A DNA stretch of 64,000 bases from Phoronis australis. Lineage: Eukaryota > Animalia > Phoronida. This document shows, one piece after another, positions 63,638 through 64,000 of this stretch; position 1 is the first letter of the stretch, and each line of letters begins with the position of its first letter. The position numbers and the translations under genes were made by a program. The stretch covers positions 564,192 through 628,191 of the forward strand of contig NMRA01000149.1 in assembly GCA_002633005.1 (NCBI GenBank), written 5' to 3'. The notes under the pieces are model-generated. The model did not search any database. It saw only the letters and a list, made by a program, of their open reading frames with translations, and was not told the origin of the DNA.

Positions 63638-64000
63638 AGGCAATTCCGTGAAACGGTCAACATAGAGACAAAACGTAAAAATTGTGACTAGAATATTTCT
63701 GGTCTCATCTGAAAGCCCAGTATCTCAAGTTTCAGGATTCGTATTGGAATTTTCCAATAACTTTCAATTTTTTACTAAATGGACCCATTCTTGGAGGTCA
63801 CTTGACCCTAAAAACTTACCCCAATTTTTTATGTGTGATGCTTATTATTGTCATAAATAAGCTAATTATGAATATTTCGCTATATTATCAAATTTGTACA
63901 ATCACATAAAGCCTAAACTTTATAAAAAATATCATTTTACCCATAGCACATCATCGACCTCTTGGGGTCAAAGACCAATTCCTGGATATCTTGATGCCTT
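63638..64000. mobile_element. Terminus of a second Sola-like element, inverted relative to 52555-52720
   Basis: AGGCAATTCCGTGAAACGGTCAACATAGAGACAAAA...GGACCCATTCTTGGAGGTCAC is similar to the reverse complement of 52555-52720. Confidence 0.65.

Overview
AT-rich animal genomic DNA with GT-AG introns, probably from an invertebrate (inference). It holds four coding units. (1) The 5' part of a DBHS-family gene (NONO/SFPQ/PSPC1-like) on the minus strand, 8621 to beyond the left edge. (2) Head-to-head with it, a complete ~21-exon ZMYM2/3/4 (woc)-like gene at 9076-46205, with MYM zinc fingers and a C-terminal Crypton-derived DUF3504 domain. (3) A second, intact but catalytically altered Crypton-type tyrosine-recombinase module (two exons, 31523-33041/33145) nested on the same strand in the largest ZMYM intron. 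It has no start codon of its own, and its splice phases would allow in-frame inclusion in the ZMYM mRNA. (4) A tandem, diverged ZMYM duplicate from 49679 to beyond the right edge, whose acidic N-terminus is replaced by a THAP DNA-binding domain. That THAP domain resembles a decayed THAP inside a TTAA-flanked Kolobok-like element in a ZMYM intron. Introns carry many non-autonomous DNA transposons (3-, 4-, 5- and 9-bp and TTAA target-site duplications), tRNA-like SINE fragments and minisatellites. All exon coordinates and alignments were made by eye, with no database searches.
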